A stretch of 64,000 nucleotides of DNA from Octopus vulgaris (taxonomy: Eukaryota). The stretch covers positions 806,001 to 870,000 of the forward strand of contig OX597839.1 of NCBI GenBank assembly GCA_951406725.2, read 5' to 3'. The notes under the pieces were generated by a model. The model worked only from the letters and a program-made list of their open reading frames with translations, made no database searches and had not been told where the DNA came from. The translations under genes and the position numbers were made by a program. Below, piece after piece: positions 1 through 20,235 of this stretch (the stretch's first letter is position 1; each line of letters begins with the position of its first letter).

Positions 1-41
1 AATATGTATAAATATATATATATACATGCCTACATACATAC

Positions 42-85
<44 letters not shown>

Positions 86-94
86 ATATACATT

Positions 95-131
<37 letters not shown>

Positions 132-135
<4 letters not shown>

Positions 136-767
136 GAAATATTAAAATAACTAAGTCTCTCTAAAAGAGAACAGCGGCAGCGTTCCCGGAAAATAATAGT
201 TATCGCCATACTAATATGGCATTCTTATAAAAACTGTATCCATATACCTCGAGAAAAAACTACTTGCTGTCCGCTTATTAGCTTTCCATGAGGCCATCGC
301 CTTAAGTTTCAACAATAGAAATATTAAAATAACTATTTGATACACAAACTGTATCCATATAACCTTCGAACAAGGGAGGTCAGTCGCTCCACACTACTTG
401 ACCGGCAGCTACAGACGCGTTTCGGAGTATTGCCCCTTTTCAATGCAGCGTAGCCATATTAGTTTGGCGATAACTATTATTTTCCTGGAACGATGACGCT
501 GTTCTCTTTTAGAGAGACTTAGTTATTTTAATATTTCTATTATTGAAAACAAGTGGATGTATTCCACCGAAACTAGGAATACTCCGAAACGCGTATGTAG
601 CTGCCGGTCAAGTAGTGTGGAGCGACTAACCTCCCTTGTTCGAAGGTTATATGGATACAGTTTGTGTATCAAATAGCTAACTTAAGGCGATGGCCTCATG
701 GAGCTAATAAGCGGACAGATTTTTTCTTATTTTTATTAGAATGCCATATTAGTATGGCGATTACTAT

Positions 768-772
<5 letters not shown>
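132..772. repeat. Interleaved inverted-repeat element in (TA)n (duplicate at 14038-14632)
   Basis: ~132-222 is the reverse complement of ~453-542; ~333-431 is the reverse complement of ~577-677. Confidence 0.85.
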
Positions 773-815
<43 letters not shown>

Positions 816-904
816 CGCACATATATATTGATATGCACATATATATATATTTATGTATACATACACATACACACTCGCACACATATATATACATATATGT
901 GTGT

Positions 905-1077
905 GTAGATTGCTAGCCAAGAAATAGTTTTTATTTTCTCTCCTTGTTTCTTTCCGTGGTAGAGCGTAGGCTCGAAAGGTTAAACACTTTTTCAGTTCCC
1001 GAGCGTTAAAGTAATATATCTGTTTGTTATCTACAGCACCTGTCTTTATCTTTTGTTTTATTTTGTGAATGCTCCCT
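905..1077 (+). repeat. ~170-bp dispersed repeat (also ~10320, 11535, 14767, 22560)
   Basis: Conserved gagcgtaggctcgaaa hairpin and T-rich tail ending ctccc(TA)n. Confidence 0.7.
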
Positions 1078-1517
1078 ATATATATATATATATATAGGAA
1101 TTGTGAGATTAATAATCTAGTGATCTAGTGTTAACTCAATATATGTATGTTCGAGAACAAAGTGTTAGATGAATATAGAGCGGCAATAAGTAAAATGGAT
1201 GTCATAGTAAAAACAAGGGTTATGCTTCGAACATCAATAGTTTGCAAATGTGTATGCTATGAAATGCAAGGATTTCTTAGCTGTGTGCCTACATAACAAC
1301 ATTATATCCTATAACTGCATCGCAGCCTCGAAAAATATTATATATATATATATATACATATATATAAAGAGGGAGAGAGAGAGAGAGAGAGAGAGATAGA
1401 TAGATATATAGTTAGATAGATAGATGTATATATATATACATTATTTACATACATATATATTGATACATTATTTGCATAGATGCATATATATATATATATT
1501 TATGAGTATATGTATAC

Positions 1518-1553
<36 letters not shown>

Positions 1554-1572
1554 ATATGAATGTACATATATA

Positions 1573-1970
1573 GGCGCAGGAGTGGCTGTGTGGTAAGTAG
1601 CTTGCTATCCAACCACATGGTTCCAGGTTCAGTCTCACTGCGTGGCATCTTGGGCAAGTGTCTTCTGCTTTAGCCCCGGGCCGACCAATGCCTTGTGAGT
1701 GGATTTGCTAGATGGAAACTGAAAGCAGCCCGTCGTATATATGTATATGTGTTTGTGTGTCTGTGTTTGTCCCTGTAGCATTGCTTGACAACCGATGCTG
1801 GTGTGTTTACGTCCCCGTCACTTAGCGGTTCGGCGAAAGAGACCGATAGAATAAGTACTGGGCTTACAAAGAATAAGTCCCGGGGTCGATTTGCTCGACT
1901 AAAGGCGGTGCTCCAGCATGGCCGCAGTCAAGTGACTGAAACAAGTAAAAGAGTAAAGAGTAAAAGAGTA
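1573..1970 (+). mobile_element. tRNA-derived cephalopod SINE (OK/OR-type); other copies 15466-15879, 34011-34444, 45060-45505, partial 35952-36088 and ~39270-39470
   Basis: A-box (tggctgtgtggt) and B-box-like head, CORE-like cttgggcaagtgtctt, internal microsatellite, (AAAGAGT)n tail. Confidence 0.85.
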
Positions 1971-2666
1971 TACGTATATATATATATATATATATATACG
2001 TGTTTATATCTATATCAATAAAAATTCTCTGTGGGTGGGTGCGTGCGTGCTTTCTTTATGCACAGTGAAATCGCTGGATTAGTGTGTGCGAAAGTTTTTC
2101 ATTACTCGGGGAAGATTCTCGGGGAATGAAATTTTGGCTCTTGCCAATACAGAGGGTTGCACACTCTCCTTCCTATATGAAACTTGGGAATTTTTTTCAG
2201 CGGTATTATTCTTTCACTATTGATAACAATATTGTTTCACTTTTATTCTTTCACTTTTGACTTCCGGGTTTTTTCAGCGATACATTATTGTTTCACTTTT
2301 ACACAAATTATGGCCTGTACTCATATTGGGGGCTGCAGCTTCTCCTATACGATCATTCTGAGTTTTTTTTTCAGTGGATTCATATGTTTTAGATGACGTA
2401 CATTCCGAATATGCAAAAATGCCATGTTTTCAAAATTTCTAATTCCATCCCTCACCCTAAATCTTTAGTTTTTAACTTTTTTTTCGATTATTTTTGACAA
2501 TCTATGTGAAGAAATACTATTTTGCTTTCATTTCAAATTTTCTATGAAGAGATGAATAATTCTGTACGTTACTTCTATTATTTACATTGGACGGATATGT
2601 GTCCTCATCTTGTTTGTTTTTTACCACAACGTTTCAGCTGGTTTACTTCCAGCCTTCATCGGCTGT

Positions 2667-3128
<462 letters not shown>

Positions 3129-3546
3129 TGTATGTATCTATGTATGCATGTATGGAAAAGTATGCACGTATGTATGTATATATATATATGTGTATATATG
3201 TGCGCATGCGTGGAGAGTATACATATATATATATATATATTATATTAAATAAGAGATAAAACCACTATTAGGCAAATCGAACAATGAAAAACATAAACCA
3301 ATACATAAAATTAATTAATTTAAATTATTTTTAAAATATATCAAAAGTTTTGATATATTTTTGAAATAATGTAAATTAATTAATTTTATGTATTGGCTTA
3401 TGTTTTTCATTGTTTGATTTGCCTAATAGTGGTTTTATCTCGAAGTTAATATAATATAATATAATATATTTATACTATAAAATTGGATTTAATCCTAAAT
3501 CTGACTTTTCCCTGTAAGTATGGATTTATTCCCGAATATTCTATTG

Positions 3547-3592
<46 letters not shown>

Positions 3593-4380
3593 CTCCAGAA
3601 TATAGAAATATTCTGCGCAAAAATACTATTTCTAGATCAAATTATATCATACGTGTTGCCATAGTAGTGACACGCCCATGATAACTAAACGACCGCTACT
3701 AGTTAAAAGCAAAATCAATGCATGAAGAAGAAAACAGAAAGAAACAAACAACAAACTTTCAACCTCCGCCTCTTTCACTTTCTCTTACTGTTATATCGCA
3801 TCCTCATTCGTAGAAACACAGGTAAGTTGGCATGCAAAGAGAGATCTATATATTCTGAAGCAAATTTGAGAGGCATTCATTTCAGTAACTGATTTAAAGC
3901 TCTGTCTTGAAGAGAACCAAATTTCCAGGCAACACAGCACATCTCTATATCTACAATTAAGGTAATTTCCTATAATAGCTTCATAATAGCTTTTATAATT
4001 TTAGATAACATTTTAATATGAGCCTACACACACACACACACACACGCATATTTTGGTTAAAGTAGCGAAAATATCAAACAATTAGTCAAAGCATGCAATA
4101 GTTACACATCTACTTCAACATTAACGACGCACACCTGCTAGTTTGAATAATCCTGACGGATACTCCTTATATATATACATATAAATGTTGGCCTTACGTT
4201 ACCCAGTGTTTCAATATTTAATAACTCCCTTATTTCAACTAGCATGTGTATGACATTTCAGTTCAACATGGAGATGGCAAATTAGGTTACTTAGCATTAG
4301 CACTTTTCTTCACACCTCTGCATTACGTATGAAGTATGACATCTTTTTTAATGTCCTCCATTTTTAGCATCGCACACCAA

Positions 4381-4421
<41 letters not shown>

Positions 4422-4861
4422 GTAAAAAATGAAGTTAGAAAATGCTGCAATATTATACAAATTTTAAGTTTTATATATACATTATAACATGTTTCGTTTC
4501 TTGAAATGAACCTTATCAAAAAAAGTTATATATAAAAAAAATAGTTCATGCTATCAAATATAAAAAATTCATTTATAATACACAATAGAGTCAGACATCA
4601 AAAAGTTCATATATAGTGTGAAGTGAGTTCGTTCATGCTATATGTTTAAAGTGTCTGATGCAGTGGTTCATAGTGGTGATATGCATTCAATATAAAAAAT
4701 AGATCAAAGTGGTGATATGCAGTCAATATAAAAAAATTGATGTTCCTGAAAGAGCGAGGAATTCAATTTAGATTTTACCTTTGAGCAACTGTGATGACTT
4801 ATGGTCGGTGTTCGCTGGATGATTCTGGCAAACCTTGTGTATTGTTCGGGTTTTATAACAC

Positions 4862-5345
4862 CTGTTAGGTGGTCAGTCCAGCGTAACGTGACGTCATCAA
4901 CGTTTTGACCAATCGTTTCGTTAGGTGGCTTAGTCAAGCAGGACGGGACGTCATCAACATTCTGACCAATCGCGACCTATAGCTGTATTAGAACTGCCTC
5001 TTGTCTGTATCCTGTTTTGACCAATCGTTTCGTTAGGTGGCTTAGTCAAGCAGAACGTGACGTCATCAATGTTTTGACCAATCGTTTCGTTAGGTGGCTT
5101 AGTCAAGTAGAACGGGACGTCATCAACATTCTGACCAATCACGACCTATAGCTGTATTAGATCTGCCCCTTGTCTGTATCCTGTTGGGTGACTAGTCAAG
5201 CAGAAAAGGACGTCATCAATATTCTGGCTAGTCCCGGCCTATAGATGTATTAGATCTGCCCCTTGTCTGTAACCTGTCCAGTCTAGCAGAACTAGACGTC
5301 ATTAACGTGTTGACCAATCAGAATCGGGTCTGACCCTTAGCTGTA
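4862..5345. repeat. Degenerate ~55-60-bp minisatellite with GACGTCA and CCAAT motifs (duplicate at 18586-19070)
   Basis: Repeated gacgtcatcaac...tgaccaatc...ttaggtggcttagtcaagcag. Confidence 0.85.
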
Positions 5346-5371
5346 TCGTATATATATATCGTATATATATC

Positions 5372-5411
<40 letters not shown>

Positions 5412-5709
5412 GTATATATATATACGTGTATATTTCTATATCAATAAAATTCTCTGTATGTGGGTGGCTGCGTGCTTTCTTTATGTACGGTGAAACCGCT
5501 GGATTAATGTGTACGAAAATTGGCATGAAAGTTCTTCATTACTCGGGGAAGATTCTCGGGGAATGAAATTTTGGCCCTTGCCAATACAGAGTGCTGCACA
5601 CTCTCCTTCCTATATGAAACTTGTGATTATTTTTCAGCTGTATTATTCTTTCACTTTTGATAACAATATTGTTTCACTTTTATTCTTTCACTTTTGATTT
5701 CCGGGTTTT

Positions 5710-10105
<4,396 letters not shown>

Positions 10106-10181
10106 GAATATGTATAAATATATATATATGCATGCCTACATACATACATATATATATATATACATATAAATATACATTTGC

Positions 10182-10231
<50 letters not shown>

Positions 10232-10486
10232 CGCACATATATATATACATATGCACATATATATATATGTATATATACACATACATACTCGCACACATAT
10301 ATATACATATATGTGTTTGTAGATCGCTTGCCACGAAATATTTTTATTTTCTCACCTTGTTTCTTTCTGTGGAAGAGCATAGGCTCGAAAGGTTAAACAC
10401 TTTCTCAGTTCCCGAGCGTTAAACTAATACATCTGTTTGTTGTCTACAGCACCTGTCTTTATCTTTCGTTTTATATTGTGAATTCT

Positions 10487-10527
<41 letters not shown>

Positions 10528-10666
10528 TGTGACATTAATAATCTAGTGATCTAGTGTTAACTCAATATATGTATGTTCGAGAACAAAGTCTTAGATGAAT
10601 ATAGAGCGGCAATAAGCAAAATGGATGTCATAGTAAAAACAAGGGTTATGTTACGAACACACGCAG

Positions 10667-10698
<32 letters not shown>

Positions 10699-11376
10699 GT
10701 ATGTATATATATATATATATGATCGACAGAATATAGAAATATACTGCGCAAAAACACTACTTCTATATCAAATTATATCATACGTGTTGCCATAGTAGTG
10801 ACACGCCCACGATAACTAAACGACCACCATTAGTTAAAAGCAAAATCAATGCATGAAGAAGAAAACAGTAAGAAACAAACAACAAACTTTCAACCGCCGC
10901 CTCTTTCAATTTCTCTTACTGTTATATCGCATCCTCATTCGTAGAAACACAGGTAAGTTGGCATGCAAAGAGAGAGCTATATATTCTGACGCAAATTTGA
11001 GACGCATTCATTTCAGTAACTGATTTAAAGCTCTGTCTTGACGAGAACCAAACTTTCCAGGCAACACAACACGTCTCTATATCTACAATTAAGGTAATTT
11101 CCTATAATAGCATCATAATAGCTTTTATAATTTTTGAGATCATTTTAATATGTGCCTAAACACACACACACACACACATTTCAATAACTTATTTTCAGAA
11201 CGTAGTCCAAGGAATCCCTAAAAAGATCAGAAAAAGTTTTTAAAAAATGAAAGAATTCTAAAAAATTGCAATTCCTCAGTGACTTTTAGGCCCTCCTGAA
11301 TATGTATAAATATATATATATGCATGCCTACATACATACATTGATATATATATATATATACATATAAATATACATT

Positions 11377-11431
<55 letters not shown>

Positions 11432-12105
11432 TACATATATACATATATATTGATATGCACATATATATATATATATATATGTATACATACACATACACAC
11501 TCGCACAAATATATATACATATATGTGTGTGTAGATTGCTAGCCACGAAATAGTTTTTATTTTCTCTCCTTGTTTCTTTCCGTGGTAGAGCGTAGGCTCG
11601 AAAGGTTAAACACTTCTTCAGTTCCCGAGCGTTAAAGTAATACATCTGTTTGTTATCTACAGCACCTGTCTTTATCTTTCGTTTTATATTGTGAATTCTC
11701 CCTATATATATATATATATATATATAGGAATTGTGAGATTAATAATCTAGTGACATAGTGTTAACTCAATATATGTATGTTCGAGAACAAAGTGTTAGAT
11801 GAATATAGAGCGGCAATAAGCAAAATGGATGTCATAGTAAAAACAAGGGTTATGTTACGAACATCAATAGTTTGCAAATGTGTATGCTATGAAATGCAAG
11901 GATTTCTTAGCTGTGTGCCTACATAACAACATAATATCCTATAACTGCATCGCAGCCTCGAAAAATGTTATATATATGTCAAGAGAGAGAGAGAGAGATA
12001 GATAGATAGATGTATTTATGTATATATATACATTATTTACATACATATATATTGATACATTATTTGCATAGCTGCAATATATATATATATATATATATTT
12101 ATAAG

Positions 12106-12165
<60 letters not shown>

Positions 12166-13059
12166 CATGTATATATGAATGTACATATATACGTATATAT
12201 ATATATACGTGTATATATCTATATCAATAAAATTCTCTGTGTGTGGGTGCGTGCGTGCTTTCTTTATGCACAGTGAAATCGCTGGATTAGTGTGTACGAA
12301 AGTTTTTCATTACTCGGGGAAGATTCTCGGGGAATGAAATTTTGGCTCTTGCCAATACAGAGGGTTGAACACTCTCCTTCGTATATGAAACTTGTGAATT
12401 TTTTTCAACTGTATTATTCTTTCACTTTTGATAACAATATTGTTTCACTTTTATTCTTTCACTTTTGACTTCCGGGTTTTTTCAGCGATACATTATTGTT
12501 TCACTTTTACACAAATTATGGCCTGTACTCATATTTGGGGCTGCAGCTTCTCCTATACGATCATTCTGAGTTTTTTTTCAGTGGATTCATATGTTTTCGA
12601 TGACGGACATTCCGAATATGCAAAACGCCATGTTTTCAAAATTTTTAATTACCTCACTCATCCTAAATTTTTTAATTTTTTACTTTTTTTTCGATTATTT
12701 CTCTCAATCTATGTGAATAAATACGAGATTAAGATTATGGAAAAATATTTTTTTTTATTTCAAATTTTCTATGAAGAGATGAATAATTGTGTACGTTACT
12801 TCTATTATTTACATTGGACGGATATGTGTCCTCATCTTGTTTGTCTTTTACCACAACATTTTGGCTGGTTTACTTCCAGCCTTCTTCGGCTGTGCTGGGC
12901 ATATAGCGTAGAGGTTAAGAGCGCGGGATACTATCCCCAAAATTACGAATTCAATTCCAGAGAGTGTTTTGAATAAATAATAATAATAATAATGAAAATA
13001 ATAATAATAATAATAATGTAAATGATAATAATAATAATAATATTAATGAAAATAATGAA

Positions 13060-13119
<60 letters not shown>

Positions 13120-13250
13120 TAATATGTATGTATCTATGTATGCATGTATGGATTTTTACGTCTGTAATTATGCTTGTATGTATGTATATATATATGTGCA
13201 TATATGTGCGAATGCGTAAAAAGTATACACACACACAGAGAGAGACGCAG

Positions 13251-13286
<36 letters not shown>

Positions 13287-13740
13287 GTATGTATATATAT
13301 ATATGATCGACAGAATATAGAAATATACTGCGCAAAAACACTACTTCTACATCAAATTATATCATACGTGTTGCCATAGTAGTGACACGCCCACGATAAC
13401 TAAACGACCACTATTAGTTAAAAGCAAAATCAATGCATGAAGAAGAAAACAGTAAGAATCAAACAACAAACTTTCAGACTCCGCCTCTTTCAATTTCTCC
13501 TTCTGTTATATCGCATCCTCATTCGTAGAAACACAGGTAAGTTGGCATGCAAAGAGAGAGCTTTATATTCTGAAGCAAATTTGAGACGCATTCATTTCTG
13601 TAACTGATTTAAAGCTCTGTCTTGACGAGAACCAAACTTTCCAGGCAACACAACACGCCTCTATATTTACAATTAAGGTAATTTCCTATAATAGCATCAT
13701 AATAGCTTTTATAATTTTTGAGATCATTTTAATATGTGCC

Positions 13741-13773
<33 letters not shown>

Positions 13774-13932
13774 TTCAATAACGTATTTTCAGAACGTAGT
13801 CCAAGGAATCCCTAAAAAGATCAGAAAAGATTTTTAAAAACGAAAGAATTTTAAAAAATTGCAATTCCTCAGTGACTTTTAGGCCCTCCTGAATATGTAT
13901 AAATATATATATATGCATGCCTACATACATAC

Positions 13933-13982
<50 letters not shown>

Positions 13983-13991
13983 ATATACATT

Positions 13992-14042
<51 letters not shown>

Positions 14043-14628
14043 GAAATATTAAAATAACTAAGTCTCTCTAAAAGAGAACAGCGGCAGCGTTCCCGGAAAA
14101 TAATAGCTATCGCCATACTAATATGGCATTCTTATAAAAATAAGAAAAAAGCTGTCCGCTTATTAGCTCCATGAGGCCATCGCCTTAAGTTAGCTATTTG
14201 ATACACAAACTGTATCCATATAACCTTCGAACAAGGGAGGTCAGTCGCTCCACACTATTTGACCGGCAGCTACAGACGCGTTTCACACACCTTTTCAGTG
14301 CAGCGTAGCCATATTAGTTTGGCGATAACTATTATTTTCCTGGAACGCTGCCGCTGTTCTCTTTTAGAGAGACTTAGTTATTTTAATATTTCTATTATTG
14401 AAAACAAGTGGATGTATTCCACCGAAACTAGGAATACTCCGAAACGCGTCTGAAGCTGCCGGTCAAGTAGTGTGGAGCGACTAACCTCCCTTGTTCGAAG
14501 GTTATATGGATACAGTTTGTGTATCAAATAGCTAACTTAAGGCGATGGCCTCATGGAGCTAATAAGCGGACAGATTTTTTCTTATTTTTATTTTTATTAG
14601 AATGCCATATTAGTATGGCGATTACTAT

Positions 14629-14674
<46 letters not shown>

Positions 14675-14932
14675 CGCACATATATATTGATATGCACATA
14701 TATATATATTTATGTATACATACACATACACACTCGCACACATATATATACATATATGTGTGTGTAGATTGCTAGCCAAGAAATAGTTTTTATTTTCTCT
14801 CCTTGTTTCTTTCCGTGGTAGAGCGTAGGCTCGAAAGGTTAAACACTTTTTCAGTTCCCGAGCGTTAAAGTAATACATCTGTTTGTTATCTACAGCACCT
14901 GTCTTTATCTTTTGTTTTATTTTGTGAATTCT

Positions 14933-14989
<57 letters not shown>

Positions 14990-15224
14990 AATTGTGAGAT
15001 TAATAATCTAGTGATCTAGTGTTAACTTAATATATGTATGTTCGAGAACAAAGTGTTAGATGAATATAGAGCGGCAATAAGTAAAATGGATGTCATAGTA
15101 AAAACAAGGGTTATGCTACGAACATCAATAGTTTGCAAATGTGTATGCTATGAAATGCAAGGATTTCTTAGCTGTGTGCCTACATAACAACATAATATCC
15201 TATAACTGCATCGCAGCCTCGAAA

Positions 15225-15262
<38 letters not shown>

Positions 15263-15284
15263 AGGGAGAGAGAGAGAGAGAGAG

Positions 15285-15316
<32 letters not shown>

Positions 15317-15408
15317 GTATATATATATACATTATTTACATACATATATATTGATACATTATTTGCATAGATGCATATATATATATATATTTATGAGTAT
15401 ATGTATAC

Positions 15409-15446
<38 letters not shown>

Positions 15447-16809
15447 ATATGAATGTACATATATAGGCGCAGGAGTGGCTGTGTGGTAAGTAGCTTGCTA
15501 TCCAACCACATGGTTCCGGGTTCAGTCTCACTGCGTGGCATCTTGGGCAAGTGTCTTCTGCTATAGCCCCGGGCCGACCAATGCCTTGTGAGTGGATTTG
15601 CTAGATGGAAGCTGAAAGAAGCCCGTCGCATATATGTATATACATATATGTGTGTATATGTGTTTGTGTGTCTGTGTTTGTCCCTCTAGCATTGCTTGAC
15701 AACCGATGCTGGTGTTATTACGTCCCCGTCACCTAGCGGTTCGGCGAAAGAGACCGATAGAATAAGTACTGGGCTTACAAAGAATAAGTCCCGGGGTCGA
15801 TTTGCACGACTAAAGGCGGTGCTCCAGTATGGCCGCAGTCAAGTGACTGAAACAATTAAAAGAGTAAAGAGTAAAAGAGTTGACGTATATAGATATATAC
15901 GTGTTTATATCTATATCAATAAAAATTCTCTGTGGGTCGGTGCGTGCGTGCTTTCTTTATGCACAGTGAAATCGCTGGATTAGTGTGTACGAAAGTATTT
16001 CATTACTCGGGGAAGATTCTCGGGGAATGAAATTTTGGCTCTTGCCAATACAGAGGGTTGCACACTCTCCTTCCTATATGAAACTTGTGAATTTTTTTCA
16101 GCGGTATTATTCTTTCACTATTGATAACAATATTGTTTCACTTTTATTCTTTCACTTTTGACTTCCGGGTTTTTTCAGCGATACATTATTGTTTCACTTT
16201 TACACAAATTATGGCCTGTACTCATATTTGGGGCTGCAGCTTCTCCTATACGATCATTCTGAGTTTTTTTTTCAGTGGATTCATATGTTTTCGATGATGG
16301 ACATTCCGAATATGCAAAACGCCATGTTTTCAAAAGTTTTAATTCCCTCCCTCACCCTAAATTTTTAGTTTTTTGCTTTTTTTTCGATTATTTTTGACAA
16401 TCTATGTGAAGAAATACTATTTTGCTTTCATTTCAAATTTTCTATGAAGAGATGAATAATTCTGTACGTTACTTCTATTATTTACATTGGACGGATATGT
16501 GTCCTCATCTTGTTTGTTTTTTACCACAACGTTTCAGCTGCTTTACTTCCAGCCTTCATCGGCTGTGCTGGCCATATAGCATAGTGGTTAAGAGCGCGGG
16601 ATACTGTCCCCAAAATTACGAGTTCAATTCCAGAGAGTGATTTGAATAAATAATAATAATAATAATGAAAATAATAATAATAATAATAATAATGTAAATA
16701 ATAATAATAATAATAATAATAATATAATAATAATAATAATAATGTAAATATTAATAATAATAATAATAATAATAATGAAAATAATAATAATAATAAAAAT
16801 AATAATGTA

Positions 16810-16853
<44 letters not shown>

Positions 16854-17271
16854 TGTATGTTTCTATGTATGCATGTATGGAAAAGTATGCACGTATGTAT
16901 GTATATATATATATGTGTATATATGTGCGCATGCGTGGAGAGTATACATATATATATATATATATTATATTAAATAAGAGATAAAACCACTATTAGGCAA
17001 ATCGAACAATGAAAAACATAAACCAATACATAAAATTAATTAATTTAAATTATTTTTAAAATATATCAAAAGTTTTGATATATTTTTGAAATAATGTAAA
17101 TTAATTAATTTTATGTATTGGCTTATGTTTTTCATTGTTTGATTTGCCTAATAGTGGTTTTATCTCGAAGTTAATATAATATAATATAATATATTTATAC
17201 TATAAAATTGGATTTAATCCTAAATCTGACTTTTCCCTGTAAGTATGGATTTATTCCCGAATATTCTATTG

Positions 17272-17311
<40 letters not shown>

Positions 17312-18087
17312 CTCCAGAATATAGAAATATACTGCGCAAAAACACTATTTCTAGATCAAATTATATCATACGTGTTGCCATAGTAGTGACACGCCCATGA
17401 TAATTAAACGACCGCTACTAGTTAAAAGCAAAATCAATGCATGAAGAAGAAAACAGAAAGAAACAAACAACAAACTTTCAACCTCCGCCTCTTTCACTCT
17501 CTCTTTCTGTTATATCGCCTCCTCATTCGTAGAAACACAGGTAAGTTGGCATGCAAAGAGAGAGCTATATATTCTGACGCAAATTTGAGAGGCATTCATT
17601 TCTGTAACTGATTTAAAGCTCTGTCTTGAAGAGAACCAAATTTCCAGGCATCACAACACATCTCTATATCTACAATTAAGGTAATTTCCTATAATAGCTT
17701 CATAATAGCTTTTATAATTTTAGATATCATTTTAATATGAGCCTACACACACACACACACACACGCATATTTTGGTTAAAGTAGCGAAAATATCAAACAA
17801 TTAGTCAAAGCATGCAAAAGTTACACATCTACTTCAACATTCACGACGCATACCTGCTAGTTTGAATAATCCTGACGGACACTCCTTATACATATACATA
17901 TACATGTTGGCCAGAAGTTACCGAGTGTTTCAATATTTAATAACTCACTTATTTCAACTGGCATGTGTATGACATTTTTGTTCAACATGGAGACGGCAAA
18001 TTAGGTTACTTAGCATTAGCACCTCTGCATTACGTATGAAGTATGACATCTTTTTTAATGTCCTCCATTTTTAGCATCGCACACCAA

Positions 18088-18147
<60 letters not shown>

Positions 18148-19095
18148 AAAAATGAAGTTAGAAAATGCTGCAATATTATACAAATTTTTAAGTCTTTTAT
18201 ATACATTATAACATGTTTCGGTTCTTGAAATGAACCTTATCAAAAAAAGTTATATATAAAAAAAATAGTTCATCCTATCAAATATAAAAAATTCATTTAT
18301 AATACACAATAGAGTCAGACATCAAAAAGTTCATATATAGTGTGAAGTGAGTTCGTTCATGCTATATGTTTAAAGTGTCTGATGCAGTGGTTCATAGTGG
18401 TGATATGCATTCAATATAAAAAATAGATCAAAGTGGTGATATGCAGTCAATATAAAAAAATTGATGTTCCTGAAAGAGCGAGGAATTCAATTTAGATTTT
18501 ACCTTTGAGCAACTGTGATGACTTATGGTCGGTGTTCGCTGGATGATTCTGGCAAACCTTGTGTATTGTTCGGGTTTTATAACACCTGTTAGGTGGTCAG
18601 TCCAGCGTAACGTGACGTCATCAACGTTTTGACCAATCGTTTCGTTAGGTGGCTTAGTCAAGCAGAACGGGACGTCATCAACATTCTGACCAATCGCGAC
18701 CTATAGCTGTATTAGAACTGCCTCTTGTCTGTATCCTGTTTTGACCAATCGTTTCGTTAGGTGGCTTAGTCAAGCAGAACGTGACGTCATCAATGTTTTG
18801 ACCAATCATTTCGTTAGGTGGCTTAGTCAAGTAGAACGGGACGTCATCAACATTCTGACCAATCACGACTTATAGCTGTATTAGATCTGCCCCTTGTCTG
18901 TATCCTGTTGGGTGACTAGTCAAGCAGAAAAGGACGTCATCAATATTCTGGCTAGTCCCGGCCTATAGATGTATTAGATCTGCCCCTTGTCTGTAACCTG
19001 TCCAGTCTAGCAGAACTAGACGTCATTAACGTGTTGACCAATCAGAATCGGGTCTGACCATTAGCTGTATCGTATATATATATCGTATATATATC

Positions 19096-19141
<46 letters not shown>

Positions 19142-20196
19142 GTATATATATATACGTGTATATTTCTATATCAATAAAATTCTCTGTATGTGGGTGGCTG
19201 CGTGCTTTCTTTATGTACGGTGAAACCGCTGGATTAATGTGTACGAAAATTGGCATGAAAGTTCTTCATTACTCGGGGAAGATACTCGGGGAATGAAATT
19301 TTAGCCCTTCCCAATACAGAGTGCTGCACACTCTCCTTCCTATATGAAACTTGTGATAATTTTTCAGCTGTATTATTCTTTCACTTTTGATAACAATATT
19401 GTTTCACTTTTATTCTTTCACTTTTGACTTCCGGGTTTTTTCAGCGATACATTATTGTTTCACTTTTACACAAATTATGGCCTGTACTCATACTGGGGGC
19501 TGCAGCTTCTCCTATACGATCATTCTGAGTTTTTTTTCCAGTGGATTCATATGTTTTCGATGACGGACATTCCGAATATGCAAAACGCCATGTTTTCAAA
19601 ATTTTTAATTACGTCCCTCACCCTAAATTCTTAGTTTTTTACTTTTTTTCGATTATTTTTGTCAATCTATGTGAAGAAATACGAGATTAAGATTATGGAA
19701 AAAATTTTCTTTTTCATTTCAAACTTTCTATGAAGAGATGAATAATTCTGTACGCTACTTATAATATTTACATTGGACGGATATGTGTCCTCATCTTGTT
19801 TGTTTTTTACCACAATATTTTACCACATCGTTTCGGCTGGTTTACTTCCAACCTTCATCGGCTGTGCTGGGCATATAGCGTAGTGGTTAAGAGCGCGGGA
19901 TACTATCCCCAAAATTACGAATTCAATTCCAGAGAGTGTTTTGAATAAATAATAATAATAATAATAATGAAAATAATAATAATATTAATAACGTAAATGA
20001 TAATATTAATAAAATAATAATAATGAAAATAATGAAAATAATAATAATAATAATAATAATAATAATTAATATTTATGTATCTATGAATGCATGTATGGAT
20101 ATTTACGTCTCTAAGTATGCTTGTATGTATGTATATATATATATGTGCATATATGTGCGAATGCGTAAAAAGTATACACACACACAGACACACACG

Positions 20197-20235
<39 letters not shown>

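Noticed and set aside
3814-3821. 8-nt microexon (tcgtAG|aaacacag|GTaagt) after a pyrimidine tract
   Set aside because: Frame-shifting length and the AG is absent in module 10; the first-exon reading fits better, though this is not excluded.
4885-5130. Hammerhead ribozymes in the CRE/CCAAT minisatellite (minus strand UGAUGA...GAAAC...GUC)
   Set aside because: Stems I and II do not form consistently.
12428-12976. 182-aa ORF and the recurrent MNNSVRYFYY ORFs
   Set aside because: Read across TE fragments and a SINE head; broken by indels in sibling copies; no recognisable domain.
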